Shown here in pieces: positions 48,945-62,766 of a DNA stretch of 64,000 nt. Each line of letters opens with the position of its first letter. Within the stretch, counting starts at the first letter, position 1. The position numbers were made by a program, and so were the translations under genes. The notes beneath the pieces were generated by a model, which saw only the letters and a list, made by a program, of their open reading frames with translations, ran no database searches and was not told where the DNA came from. Source of the stretch: Octopus sinensis (Eukaryota); NCBI RefSeq assembly GCF_006345805.1, contig NC_043009.1:26412001-26476000 (forward strand), written 5' to 3'.

Positions 48945-49599
48945 ATCATCATGCAGCCTCAGGTTGACCAAAGCCTTGTGAATGGATTTGGCAGACAGAA
49001 ACTGAAAGAAACTCATCATATGTATGCGGGTGTGCATGTGTCTTTGTCTGTGCTTGCCACCCACCCACCTCAACCACCACCGCCACCACTTGTTGGTTTG
49101 TTTACATCCCCATAAGTTAGCAGTTTCTCAAAAGAAACCGATAGAATAAGTACCAAGATGGAAAAAAATAGATAAATAAGAACAGGGGTTGATTTGTTCA
49201 GCAAAAAAATTCTTCAAACAGTGCCCCAGCATGGCCACAGTTTAATGACTGAAACGAGTAAAAGATTATTGTTTGTTTTTCCTAATCTCTTTCGTTCTTC
49301 AAAATATAATTAAAACCTGCACCTTTGTTCCATAATTAACAATAATAAAAGTCTTCTTTCCCCCACTCCCTTACCAACAATTATATGGTATTACAACATG
49401 CTGTCATAATTGGTACTTCATCAAAGACTGAGTCTTAACAACATTCACAGCAATAAAATCTTTCTAATTCGCTTTAGGCATTGCTTTGTGCAAAGAATTC
49501 TTCTGAGTAAAAGAAACACTACCCAAAGAATTCAAAATGTCAAAGTGAAAGTATCAGCTTATATTTTTTAATCTATTTTTTAATCTATTTTTAGCAGTA

Positions 49600-49935
49600 G
49601 CAAGAAGCTTGTTTACCAACCACATGGTTCCGGGATCTATTGATCCACTGCATAGCACCTTGGGCAAGTGTCTTCTACTATACCCTTGGGCTCACCAAAG
49701 CCTTGTGAGTGGATTCGGTAGACAAAAACTGAAAGAAGCCTGTTGTATATATATATGTGTGTGTGTGTGACAACTGATGCTGGTGGGTTTACATCCCTGT
49801 AACTTGGAAGTTCAGCAAAGGAACCCATAAAATAAATACTAGGCTTACAAAGAATAAGTCCTAGGGTCGATTTGTTCAGACTCAAAGGCAGTGCTCCAGC
49901 ATGGCCGCAGTCAACTGACTGAAACAAATAAAAGA
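49600..49935 (+). mobile_element. SINE family A
   Basis: gtagcaagaagcttgtttaccaaccacatggttccggg...gcagtgctccagcatggccgcagtcaactgactgaaac. Confidence 0.8.
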
Positions 49936-50419
49936 ACAAAAGAATACTAAAAACAAAACCATAATCAGGATTTATTTTTAATTCCATTCATTAATTTTCT
50001 TTTAATTGATTTTATCTCATTACCTGTTTTTGCTTTTTTGTTTGTTTGTTTTTTTGCTTTATTAAGTCATTTAATTTGATGTTTCTTTCACTCAGTTTAT
50101 TAAAGGAATTCTCCAAACTGTAAAATTAGTCATTTTATTTGTTTATATTTTGTTTGTTTCAGTCATTATTAGTCTGTGGCCATGCTGGGGCACCACCTTG
50201 AAGAATTTCAGCTGAATATATCAGACCCCAGTACTTTTTTATTTATTCATTTTATTTATTTATTTATTTTTTCTGTTAAGCATGGTTCTTATTTTATCAG
50301 CCTCTTTTGCAGAACTGCAAACTTACAGGGATGTAAACAAACCAACATTGCTTATCAAGTAGTAGCGGGGCACAAACAGACACAAAAACATCCCACCACA
50401 CACACACGCACGCATGCAT

Positions 50420-50450
<31 letters not shown>

Positions 50451-50925
50451 CACACACACATACATACATACATACATATATATATGTGCATATATATATA
50501 TGTATATATATATATTGTATGTATATATATACATTTTTTTTTTTCTTCATTGCCCACAGGGGGCTAAACACAGAGGGGACAAACAAGGACAGACAAAGGG
50601 ATCAAGTGAATTACATCAATCCCAATGTGTAACTGATACTTATTTAATTGACCCTGAAAGGATGACAGGCAAAGTCAACCTTGGCGGAATGTGAACTCAG
50701 AACGTAACAGCAGACAAAATACCGCTAAGCATTTTGCTCGGCATACTAACGATTCTGCCAGCTTGCCACCATATGTATATATATATATACACACGTAACA
50801 CACAAGGAGAGGCTTCTTTCAGTTTCTCTCTACCAAATCCACTCAAGAGACTTTGATTGTCTTCAAGCTATAGTAGAAAGTACTTTTAAGATCTTAATAA
50901 TGTGTAAGAACAAAAAAAAAAAAAT

Positions 50926-52097
50926 GAAATATCAAATATTCTCTGTGCTTTCTTCTCTATTTTTTGATTTAAAATTCAAACTCCTAATCTTGCCGTAACT
51001 TGATCAAGAAGGAATTGTATCCCCTAAGATAGCTGACCACCAGGACACACTTTGTGTATGAAGATTCCTTTAATTAAAATGAAATAAAATAAATATATCA
51101 TATGTATATTTGAAGTAAATGTATATTATGAATAACATTAATACTGTTTAACATTATCTGATATCACCCAAGGTGCCATGCAGTGGGACTGAACCCAGAG
51201 CCATGTGGCTGGGAAGCAAACTTCTTACCACACAGCCAATTCCTCTGCTTCTCACTGATGTTGGTGTTGTCTATGGCAATGATTTCCACAACCTTCTGGT
51301 ACCACCCATCCACCCTGCACCATAATTCTTTGAGTCTTTGGGCAAAGTGCACTAAATCTTACAGAGCAGCAACAACAACAACATCAACAGTAACAGCCAT
51401 AGCAACAATAGAACAACGTGGTCTTCAGCGTATACAGTACTTTCCCCTGCCCCTGCCCCCAACAACAACAACAAGATAGAGCCATGATAGCTTCTATGTG
51501 GTAATACAGTCTGCTAGAAATAGAAACCAAAGCTCCCTTAAAATAAATCCAAAACATCTTAAAAAAAGGGAAAAGGAGGATATGTAGGATGGGGGCAGTC
51601 TTGGGTTTCCTATACATAATATATAGGCTAGAGGGCCATGACTGGAATGCCTTTAATCATAGGCTTGCTCAACTGAAGATTGGCCTGGGGTTAAACAACA
51701 ACGTTAATTAAAAAAACAATAGAATTAATACTAATAGTACTACTAATAACATCAACAACGAGAACAAAAGCTACAATAAAAACAACAACAACAGCAGCAG
51801 CACCAGCGGCAACAGAAGCAGCAACGGATTACATAGTAACTTAACAGCAGAATATTTACTAATTTTCTCATCACATGCTCAGTTAAATCTGTTTTGGTAA
51901 ATTTATTCATTGTAATAAAATATGGCCAAAGAAGAGGGATGCTGGGGACTAGGGGCGGGGGCATAGGATAGGAGAGGGCGAGATAGAGATAGGGAGGGAT
52001 AGAGAAATGGTTGGCTCAAGCTGGCAACCATTCCTGAAAGCGTTACTAACGTGCATGACAACACATATATATATCAGCCAAGTCAAGGAGGCATTTA

Positions 52098-52157
<60 letters not shown>

Positions 52158-52238
52158 ATATATATAAAGATATACATATAAACACACCTACATGTACTTA
52201 AACATATGCATAGATATTTATATATATATATATATATA

Positions 52239-52282
<44 letters not shown>

Positions 52283-53297
52283 CATATATATATATATACA
52301 TACATATATATATATACATACATATGTATATTTATATACATGCACACATGTATATACATATATTTATATACATATATATATCTATATATATATATATATA
52401 TATACATATATACATACATATATATATACATATATATATAAACTTATACATATATATATGTGTACATATACATATATATATACATGTACATATACATATA
52501 TATATACATGTACATATACATATATATATATATACATGTACATATACATACACACACACACACACACACACACTCACATGCAGATACATGTCTATTTATA
52601 CACACACACACCGGTGGAACACATTGGATAATCAGTCAGAAAGTGTAAGTCAGAGCTAATAATCATCAAAATCATAAATTCAGCTTATGGAGATATTCTA
52701 CACTAGGATAATATAGTGAGCTGTCAGGTTAAGCAGTTCACTTTGCAAACATGTGGTTCCAGATTAGCAGGTTCAATTTCACCACAATCCAATACCGTGA
52801 GGAGCTATCCTTTAATCCATACAGCCTTGAATTTACCAATGGCTCTGGAGTGAAATTTGGTAGATGGAAATGGATGCAAGCCCAGTGTATCCATTAATAT
52901 AAATGGCAGTAGGTCTCTTGATTTCTTTGTTTTTCCATCCCCCAAAATACAGATATCTCTGCACAGCTTGGATTTATCTTCCTTGATTAGCATATGCTAA
53001 CCAGAGTGTAACCTATCATATGACAGGTAATATTGGGAACATACTATGCCAATATTGGTAATATCAGGTAATGTTAAACAGTATTAATGTTATTGATAAT
53101 ATACATTTACTGCAAATATACATATGATATATTTTTTTATTTCATTTTAATTAAATGAATATTCATACATAAAGTGTGTCCTGGTGGTCAGCTGTCATGG
53201 GGGAGACAATCCCTTCTTGTTCAAGTTAAGACAAGATTAGGAGTTTGAATTTTAAATCAAAGAAAGAGAAGAAAGCAGAGAGAATATTTGATATTTC
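50926..53297. repeat. Inverted duplication of non-SINE sequence, arms about 240 bp (50926-51165 / 53061-53297)
   Basis: For example cagctgaccaccaggacacactttg versus aaagtgtgtcctggtggtcagctg; spacer about 1.9 kb. Confidence 0.85.
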
Positions 53298-53639
53298 TGG
53301 GTTTTTTTTTACATATTATAAAGATTTTTAAATACTCAGTTGTTAGTAGCCACATACAGCACCATTTCATCCTTATTTAGAATCATCAGCTCAGCATAAC
53401 TTGAAACAAATAAATTATGCTAAAGTAAATGTTTAATAAATATTTTTATTTTGAAAATTAGCATTCATTTCATTAATACTTAATGATCCTTAAAAGCAAT
53501 CCTTAAAGCAGAATTGTAGTAAATTATTTTTGCTGGTGGAACATGAAATAGATAAAGCTATAAACAACAGCTCGTAGAATATTGGATTAAGAAAATCTCT
53601 TTGATGGAAAGAAATGTTGAATAATAAGATATTTGAAAA

Positions 53640-54120
53640 TGCTATCATCATCATCATTTAAGATCCATTGTCTATGCTGGCATGGGTCAGACAGTTTGAC
53701 CAGAACTGGCAAGCTGGAAGGCCGTACCAGACTCCAGTCTGATTTGGCATGGTTTCTACGGTTGGATGCTCTTCCTAACCCTAATGGGTGCTTTTACGTG
53801 CCACTGGCATGGGTGCCATTTGCATGACACCAGATTCTGCCAAAACTGCGATTTTACTTGCCTTGATGGCTCTTCTCAAGCACAACATAATGCCAAAGGT
53901 CTTGATCATTCGTCATTGCCTCCGTGAGGCCCAACACTCGAAGGGAGCTTTTCATGTGCCACCAGCACTTTGCCTACATGAGACCCAACGCTTGAAAGGT
54001 GCTTTTTACATTCCACCAGCATGGGTCCCTGTTACATGATACCAGCACCAGCTGCAACTACAATTTCTCTTGATTTGACAGGTCTTCTCCTCAAGCACAG
54101 CAGATCGCCAAAGGTCTCAA
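53640..54120 (-). mobile_element. Family E element, longer form
   Basis: atcatcatcatttaagatccattgtctatgctggcatggg...gggtgcttttacgtgccactggc units. Confidence 0.7.
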
Positions 54121-55124
54121 GGAATCGAACCCACAACCTTATGATCATTAGCCAAACACTCTAACCACTAGACCACATGACTTCACATCTTAAACTATTG
54201 CAAAATAATGAGAATATATTTGAAATGTGAGGTGTGGTGTCAGATTATTTCAACCAATCTGTACTGACAGAACTATTTCTAAAACAATAAAGTCACAAGC
54301 ATCTTTGGTTTCTTTCTTTTTCTTCTTATTTTATCATTGTTGTTGTTGTTGCTATTGTCACTGCATTTTCTTTGTACTTTTGTTGTAAATTTCGTTTTGC
54401 TTTTATCTTCTTCTTCTTCTTCTTGTGTTCTACAATGGTTAGTTTTGAAATAGTTCCAACAAGTTTTTACTTTGTTTCTGAACACAATGAGACAACACAT
54501 AACAAAATACAAAAAAACAAAAATCATTGGAATTAAATTTCTTGCCTCTCTCTCTCTCCCCTTCTCCTTCTCCCCCTCTCACTCTACACCTATACACACA
54601 TACCTCCAATTAAATTCCTTGCCTCTCTCTTTCTCTCTCTCCCCTATCCCTCTCTTTCTCGCTCTCCTCTCTTCCTCTCTCTCCCTCCCTTTTTCTCTCT
54701 CCCCTATCCCTCCTTTTCTCTCTCTCCCTCTCTTTCTCTGCCCCCTCCCTCTGTACACACCTCTAATTTTATAATACCAACCTACCTTTATTGACAATTC
54801 TACCCCTATCTCTCCCTCCCTTCCCCACTCTCTCTCTCTCCCTATTTTATTTATTCATGTTTTACTTTATTTTCTTTCCGTTTATATTCTTACATTGTTC
54901 CTTTCAAATGTTTATGTGATGACAATGACACTGATGATGATGACGATGACAACGATGATGATAATGGTGATGAAATCAAGGGTTCTAATTGTCTTCAAAA
55001 TTTGATATGGCTTAACACCCAACCCCACACACATTTTGCATACACACACACACACATACACAATGTACTCATCCATACGTACACACACAGAGGTAAACAT
55101 ACATACACAGATACTGTTATACAC

Positions 55125-56010
55125 ACGTGGTGGTGGTGGGAGTGGTAATGGTCGGTGATGGTGGCTGTGGTTGTAGTAATGGTGGTGGTGGTGGTGCTGG
55201 TGCTGTTAGTAATGTCAGTGGGGATGCTGGTAGCAGCTACACTAGGATTAGTGGTGGTGATGGTGGTGGTGGTGAGAGGAGAAACAGTGATAGTAGTAGT
55301 ATGAGTAGTATAGCAGTGATGGAGAGGGGTGCAGTCAGTAACTATACTGTTGGTAGCAGTAGTAACAGTTGTGGTAGTGGTAGTAGTAGAAGTTATTAGT
55401 AGTTGATAACTGTGGTGGTGGTGGTGGTAGCACTAGTGGTTATGATGGTGATGATGAAGATGGGAGTTGTAGCAATGGTAGTGGTAATGGCAATAACAGA
55501 AGCGGGGGTTGTAGTAGTCATGGCAATAGTAGTAGTTGTGGCAGTGGTGGTGGTTGTAGAAGTCATGGCGGTGGTGGTGGTGGTGGTGGTGGTTTGAGTA
55601 GTCATGGCAAGGGTAGTAGTTGAGGTGGTAGTGGTTGTAGTAGTAACGGCAATGGTTGTGGTGGTTGTAGTAGCTATGGTAAGGGTAGTAGTTGTGGTGG
55701 TGATTGTAGTAGTCATGGCAATGGTTGTGGTGGTGGTGGTGGTTTGAGTAGTCATGGCAAGGGTAGTAGTTGAGGTGGTAGTGGTTGTAGTAGTAACGGC
55801 AATGGTTGTGGTGGTTGTAGTAGCTATGGTAAGGGTAGTAGTTGTGGTGGTGATTGTAGTAGTCATGGCAATGGTTGTGGTGATGGTGGTGGTTGTAGTA
55901 GCCATGGCAATGATAATAGTTGTGGTAATGGTGGTGGTGGTGGTAGTTGTAGTAGTCATAGTAATGGTAGTAGTAATTGTGGTGGTGGTCATCATCATCG
56001 TTGTAACCAC
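55125..56010. repeat. Degenerate (GTN)n trinucleotide array with a 150-bp tandem duplication (55591-55740 / 55741-55890)
   Basis: ggtttgagtagtcatggcaagggtagtagttgagg... starts at both 55591 and 55741. Confidence 0.9.
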
Positions 56011-56502
56011 AGACATAACAACCTGGACAGGAAGAATGGTTCGGTGCTTCGTGCTTTTCTTGCAGAATATATCACTTACACACAAAAGTACGCGTGCATA
56101 CATGTGCAACACTAAGCATCAGTATACAGCATGTTTGCATGCATGTGCACTCAGTGTTAAGCGCATGCAGACAATATGCATGTATGTGCACTTTTATGTA
56201 CATGTAGATGGCATGCATACAGGTGTGCATCTATGTGCAACACGATGTAAGGTTCATACAGGTGCTATGCATGTATACAGCTACTGCACTTTGAACTGTG
56301 TCACCTGTTGCAGCAAATGCACAGCATGTACAAGAGATATCTCTAATTGCTTTTAGTGTCACAGCAATATATTTGTAAATGCATTTCTTAGCTACATAAT
56401 AAATTTTCTTTTATGGCATATATTTACAAGAACATGCCAACAAATTTCGGTACGCTTAATATATAATGTTTGGCGGAAGAAGAGAATGTTCAACAAAATT
56501 TC

Positions 56503-56890
56503 AAATTTACATTATTTACATTTGATGAATATATTTGTCCTCATCTTGTTTGTTGTTAACACAACATTTTGGCTGATATACCCTCCAGCCTTCATCAGGT
56601 GTCTTGGGGAAATTTCGAGCCTGGGTTCTCATTCCTAAGGTATTTTTCAATATTATTAAGAATAATAATAATGGTAATGATGATGATGATGATGACGATA
56701 ACGATAATAATAATAATAATCATAATAACAACAACAACAATATCGAAAAATACCTTAGGAATGAGAAACCAGGTTCGAAATTTCCCCAAGACACCTGATG
56801 AAGGCTGGAGGGTATATCAGCCAAAACGTTGTGTTAACAACAAACAAGATGAGGACAAATATCCGTCAAATGTAAATTATGTAAATAATT
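56503..56890. mobile_element. Inverted pair of Penelope-like terminal repeats (about 150-bp arms) around an (AAT/GAT/AAC)n spacer, each arm with a hammerhead-like motif
   Basis: Right arm acac-CTGATGA-a-ggctg-gagggtatat-cagcc-AAAA-cg-TT-gtgt (56791-56834); left arm is its reverse complement (56559-56602). Confidence 0.8.
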
Positions 56891-58064
56891 TGGCATAAAT
56901 TCCAACCACTTTACATAGTGTACCAGCTGCTTTTCATGTAACAACAAGCTCCCTTGTATGTGGGTATGTATGCGTATGCGCCAATGTGCAATAATGCTGA
57001 CATTTCACTTACCACCGTTTGAGTATAGCAGCACTGATGTTAACATTCCTTGTTGACATCATTAGTGATAGCTCTGCGCTTTTGAATATAAAATCCCTTT
57101 TCTGTAAGCAAGTTGGTGATAGTAAGAGCATCTAAATGTAAAATCCCTCAAATCCAGACCACTCATGCTGTTATACAACCACTGTAACTGTAGACACACT
57201 AGTACCCCCCTCTCTCTCTCTCTCTTAGAGACATGCTTTAACAAAAGCCAAGAGGTGCCTTACTCCCAGTGGTCATATTTCCAAGCCCTTGGGCTATTAT
57301 TAGGTAGTCTTTCACACTGCAGTAGACATATCCTTCTAGATTTCTACCAGCCTTCATAAGGCAAGCCAACTGAAGTGGATGGGGAGATGGTTTAGGTGCC
57401 AACAACCTAACCATGCAAGCGTAACATGTAGCCCATGTATTGAACTACATGTTAGAACTCCATAAATGGCATCATGGCAATTATCATCATTATCCTTTAA
57501 CAACTATTTTCCATGCTGGCACAGATTGAAAGGTTTGACAGGAATTGACAAGACAAAGAGTCACACCAGACTCCATTTGTCTTCCTAATGCCAACCGCTT
57601 TACACAGAGTACTGGGTGCTTCTTAAGTGGCACCAGCATGGATGTGGTACCTGTACCCTATATTAAAAAAAAAGAAATTATGGGTGTAGGATACATTACA
57701 GATTTTTAGGTACAAAAAATAGTGAAGGAACCACATTATATGCATGATTCCTTTGTACAATACACTAAGCCAAAAATGCCCACCACATCCGCTGGTCTTC
57801 AGCAAAATAAATTCTGATAATTTTGATGCAATAATTATATTAGACTGAATTAATTTATTTCTCATAAATTGCTTCACTTAATTAAGTTTTCCTATTAAGT
57901 GTGGCTTGTCTGTATGTCTCCTGATAAAGATTCTCACCCACTCCAATACTGTAAATAATGGTTATGAAACTGAGATACAGGAATGATTTATAGCAGGTGT
58001 GGGGCTTGGGAATGGATAGCGTTAATAACAAGCACTGCAATCATACCACAACACTACACAACAT

Positions 58065-58470
58065 AAAATGCCACTCCAAACATTGCCATGCCACTCCACA
58101 CATTGCCATGTTCCCATGCCACTCCACACATTCTCATGCCACTCCACATATTATTGTGCCACTCCATGCATTGCCATACCGCTCCACATATTGCCATGCC
58201 ACTCTGCACATTGCAGTGTTACTCTGCTCCATGCATTGCCATCTTGCTCCACACGTTGTATAGCCACTCTACACATTGTTGAGCCACTCTGTACATTGCC
58301 ATGCTGCTCCATGCATTGCTATTGCCATGCCACTCCACTCCACACATTCCCATACCACTCTGCACATTATCACGCCACTCCACACACTGCCATACCACTC
58401 TGCACATTAACACACCACTCCACGCATTGCCATGCCACTCTACATGTTGCAGCACTCTACTCAGTGCTAC
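58065..58470. repeat. Degenerate minisatellite, unit about 20 bp (ttgccatgccactccacaca)
   Basis: Directly visible, roughly 20 diverged units. Confidence 0.85.
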
Positions 58471-59699
58471 ACTTGAAAAACAAAAAACAACCCACTTCAA
58501 ACAACAACAAACCAAACCACAAAACTCTGTTCCACACCATACAACACCAACCACCCCATGATCCACCTTTTCACACTACATCGCACCCCCTTCACACTGC
58601 ATCACTCCACCACACAATGCCACCCCATAAAGCAACACCAACACACACACACACACACAATGGGGCTTGTTTCAGTTTCTGTCAACCAAATCCATTCACC
58701 TAGCTTTGGTTGGCGTGGGGTTTACAGCAGCAGATGCTTACTCAAGATGCCACTTGCATATATATGAGTGCATGCTTTTAGTTCATCTGTTTTACAAATG
58801 CAAAACAAGACATTACACTGTATAAATGTGTTTATATGTATGTGCGTGAGTGTGTTCATCATCATCATCATCATCCGTTTTTCATTCTGACATAGATTAG
58901 ACGGTGTGACTGGAGCTGGTGACCGGGAGAGCTGTAACAGACACCAGTCTGATTTTGGCCTGGTTTCTACAGCTGGATGCCCTTCCTAATGCCAAAAGTG
59001 TAATGGGTACCTTTTTATGTGCCACCATCATGTATGACTTGTATATGTCACTATCACAGGTGCCATTTACTTGTCACCACCACAGTGCCATTTACATGTT
59101 GCTATCACAGTTGCCTTTTATGTGTCACCACCATGGGTACCTTTTATGTGTTGTGGATATTATATTATTTTGTGTACAAAACATTATGTTTATGCACTGC
59201 TTGTAAATATTTCTTGTTTTTAGCGATCCAACCAAACTTCAATTTAATTTACTTCAAATTAGCACACAATGTCAAAGAGAGAAACATAGATATCATCATC
59301 ATCATCATCATCATCATCATTTAACGTCCATTGTCCATGCTGGCATGGGTTAGACACTTTTACTGAGAACTGGCAAGCCAGGAGGCTGCACAAGGCTCCA
59401 ATCTGATCAGACAGACATGCACACACACAATGAGCTTCTTTCAGTGTTTGTCTACAAAATAAATCCTCTAGCAGGGTTTTGGGTGACTTGGGTCCATAAC
59501 AGAGGACACTTGCACTGAAACTGTAAACAACATGGCTGGGAAGGGACTCCCTTAATCACACAGCCATGCCTATATATAAACAAACCTGTTGTGTATATAT
59601 GCATGTGTGTGTAGTGTGCATGTGTGTGTGATATATATGTGTGGTGTGCATGTGTGTGTGATATATATGTGTATGTGTATATGTGTATGTGTATATGTG

Positions 59700-59736
<37 letters not shown>

Positions 59737-60052
59737 TTGTGTGTGCGTGTCTTTGTGTTTGTGTTTGTTCCCACCTTCACTGCTTGACAACTGTTGCCGG
59801 TGTGTTTACATCCCCTGTAACTTAGCAGCTCAGCAAAAGAGACCAAGAGAATAATGACCAAAGTACTAGGTTTTAAAAAAAGAATAAGTACTGGTGGAGG
59901 GGGAGGGCGATACATTTGGCTAAAAATTCTTCAAGGTGGCGCCCAAGCATGGCCACGGTCTAATGAGAAAAACAAGTCAAGAAATAAAAGATAAAAGGTG
60001 TGTGCATGCATGTGCATATGTGTGCATATGTGTGTGCATATATGTGTGTGTA

Positions 60053-60092
<40 letters not shown>

Positions 60093-60625
60093 TGAGTGAA
60101 TCAAAGTTCCTGTTTGATGCCAGCCTTCCTAAAACAATACAGTGTCTATGGACAAAAGCCAACCAACAACAAGCAAATATTTTCACTTCGTTCATTATTA
60201 TACTTGTTTTCTTTTTATTTGGTTTTGTTTCTTTACGCATGAGCTGTTAGTGGTTTTTATAAATAGTCTGTGAACAAATCATTATCATAATTTATTCTTT
60301 GTTGCCATATTTTGCTTTGGTTGTTTGCTTTCTTTGTATTTTCATTTTTTTTTAAATTTATTTATTTATTTACCTGTTTTGCATATTTAATTCATTGAAT
60401 AAATTTGACCACAGGACATAAAGAATTGTTTAAGTGAATGTGTGTAACTATGTGTGTTTGTGTGTGTGGTTGAATGCATGAGTGATTCGCTGTGTGTATG
60501 TGTGTGATTCCATGTATGAGTAATTTTGTGTGTGTATGCGTGTGTGTGTGTGTGTGTGCATGTAATTATGTATGATTTTTGTGTATATATGTGTATGTGA
60601 TTGCATGTGTCATTATGCATGTGGT

Positions 60626-60660
<35 letters not shown>

Positions 60661-61129
60661 TTGTGTGTGTGAAGGATGTGAAAGACAGCAAGGAGTGTGT
60701 GTATGGGAGCATACATATGAGTTCAATTGTAGTGTGTGTGTGTAAACATGTATGTATATGTGTAGGGAGTCTAAATGTGTACATCATGGGAAGTATTATT
60801 GTTTTTATGTGTATATATCTTCATGTGAGTTATAAATTCACAATATGTACATTGTTATTCAGTTTACTTCAAGATTTCTTGCCAACAGAGAAAGAACCGG
60901 TTTCTAACCTAGATCCAAGGATCCTTCATTGGAACTTCAACATCAACAACAGGATACATTTGTTTATTTCTATGTATGTATGTATGTATGTATGTATGTA
61001 TGTATGTATGTATGTATGTATGCATGCATGCATATGTGCAGACTTGTATGTTTTGTTTTATGTATGTGTTCTCATGCATATAGTTGCATATCTAGACATG
61101 TTCATATATATATTTAAATAATAAACTTC

Positions 61130-61330
61130 TGGGAACTCTTACAGATTTTTACAGTTCCAATGATGGATTGGATCTGTAGTATTCGAATTAGCTTTCTCTT
61201 TTCTGCTTTTGAGAAGCCTAATTTTCTCAACATTGGTATTTAGGCAGTGTGTTACATATCCCAGGACCCCAATAATTACAGGTATAAACCTGAACTTGTA
61301 ATCTGGATAGAGTAACTGCAGGTATATATG
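61130..61330 (-). mobile_element. C-terminal relic of an REL-endonuclease non-LTR element (R4/Dong-like)
   Basis: YLQLLYPDYKFRFIPVIIGVLGYVTHCLNTNVEK / LGFSKAEKRKLIRILQIQSIIGTVKICK with one frameshift; resembles the P-I-V-I-G-A-L-G...L-Q...L-G-T end of R4-clade ORFs (recall); sits among (TATG)n arrays. Confidence 0.65.
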
Positions 61331-61914
61331 CATATATATGTATGTATATATGTATGTGTGCATGTATGTATGCATGTCTGTATGCATGTATGTATGTACG
61401 TATGTATGTGTGAGTGTGTGTATCTAAGCAAAGAAAGGTTATATATAAATGTATATGTATGTTCAAGTGTTACATGTGCATGTTTTTACTATAAATTATA
61501 TTTATCGGTGTCTGTTGGTCAAGGTAGACAATGCATAATAACATTTCGGTGCAGTTGTGAGCAAGATATATTTTAGAGGAAGACTGGTTGTTGCCCCTGA
61601 ATGCGAGTTTCCCCTTTTTAATGCTACCAATGTCTTTCCAAGGGAAAGGCTGTTGTCTTGTACTGATACAACTTGGCACCAGTATCATTGCAGCAGAACA
61701 TAAAGAGTAGAACAAACACCACAAGGCATCTAATAGGACCCTTCTCTAATAGTTCTATTGATCTACCTTAAGATTAGTAACCTTTTTTTTTAGAACAACC
61801 CTGAAAAGACGAAAGGCAAAGTTGATTTCAGCAGGAATTGAACCCAGAGCACAGAGAATTTGATAAGATAACCTGAAGAACTTTAATCCTTACAGTGATC
61901 GTTACTATCTCCAT

Positions 61915-62330
61915 CATTATCATTAATTGTCTGTCTTCCATGCCTGCATGGTTTGGACAATTTGACAGGAACTCGCAAGCCAGAGAACTGTACCAGTGTC
62001 TGTTTTGGCAGTGGTTTTACAGCTGGATGCCTTTCCTAACACCAACCACAGACTGAAATGTGTGTTTTTATGTGGCACCAGCATCATCATCATTAAATGT
62101 CTGTTTTCCATGCCGGTATGGGTTGGACAATTTCACAGGAGCTGGCAAGCCAGAGGACTGCACAACTGTCTGGTTTGGCAGGGTTTTTACAGCTGGATGC
62201 CCTTCCTAACACCAACCACAGACTGAACTGTGTGCTTTTATGTGGCACCAGCACTGGTGAGGTCACCAAGTAACATGCAAGACAAAGATCCCTCGATCTA
62301 GGTGATGAGAGGTCAGGGTATGGAAGAGGG
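61915..62330 (-). mobile_element. Two tandem family E elements
   Basis: catcatcatt...ttccatgcc...tacagctggatgcc.ttcctaacaccaaccacagactgaa occurs twice. Confidence 0.75.
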
Positions 62331-62766
62331 ACAGAAACAGGTGTTTCACTGTAGAGAAGATTCATGGTTAGCTCAGCTGGAGGGAGACAGCAAGAGAAAG
62401 AGAGTGTGAGAGGGATGGTGGTGATGTAGGCATACTTGAGCGCTTACTCTCAAGGTACAAGGATGTGAATATAAATGTAATGGGAGAGGATTGCCCAGGG
62501 TGCATGAGTAGGGAGTTAACGAAAGTGCAAAATCAAGAAAAGGTCAGGGTAGGGGGAGCGCAGTGAGGGGGAGGGTAAACAAAGGTGTATGCGGTGGGGA
62601 CCGATAGGATAGCAACGATACAGTTGGCAGGGGTAGGACAGGAGAGAGAGAGAGATGACAAAGCGGTGTTGGGCTGCAGGAGTGGGGAGGGAGAGATAAG
62701 CACAGGGCATGATGAACAGATGTCGTTTGATTCCTTGTCCCCCAATTCACTGACCATTCTACGTTG

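Noticed and set aside
51225-51360. Phase 1-1 open segment LVHFAQRLKELWCRVDGWYQKVVEII as a CCDC138 exon
   Set aside because: Its donor lies inside a SINE head, there is no CCDC138 similarity, and it weakly resembles a mariner C-terminus.
57013-57131. Minus-strand exon candidate (tttag|ATG...cggtg|gtaagt) as the next CCDC138 exon
   Set aside because: The open frame ends in phase 2 but phase 1 is required, and similarity to CCDC138 is unconvincing; another intervening exon cannot be excluded.
58068-58703. 211-aa His/Cys-rich ORF resembling a metal-binding protein
   Set aside because: Produced by a degenerate 20-bp minisatellite; all frames look alike; no splice or start context.
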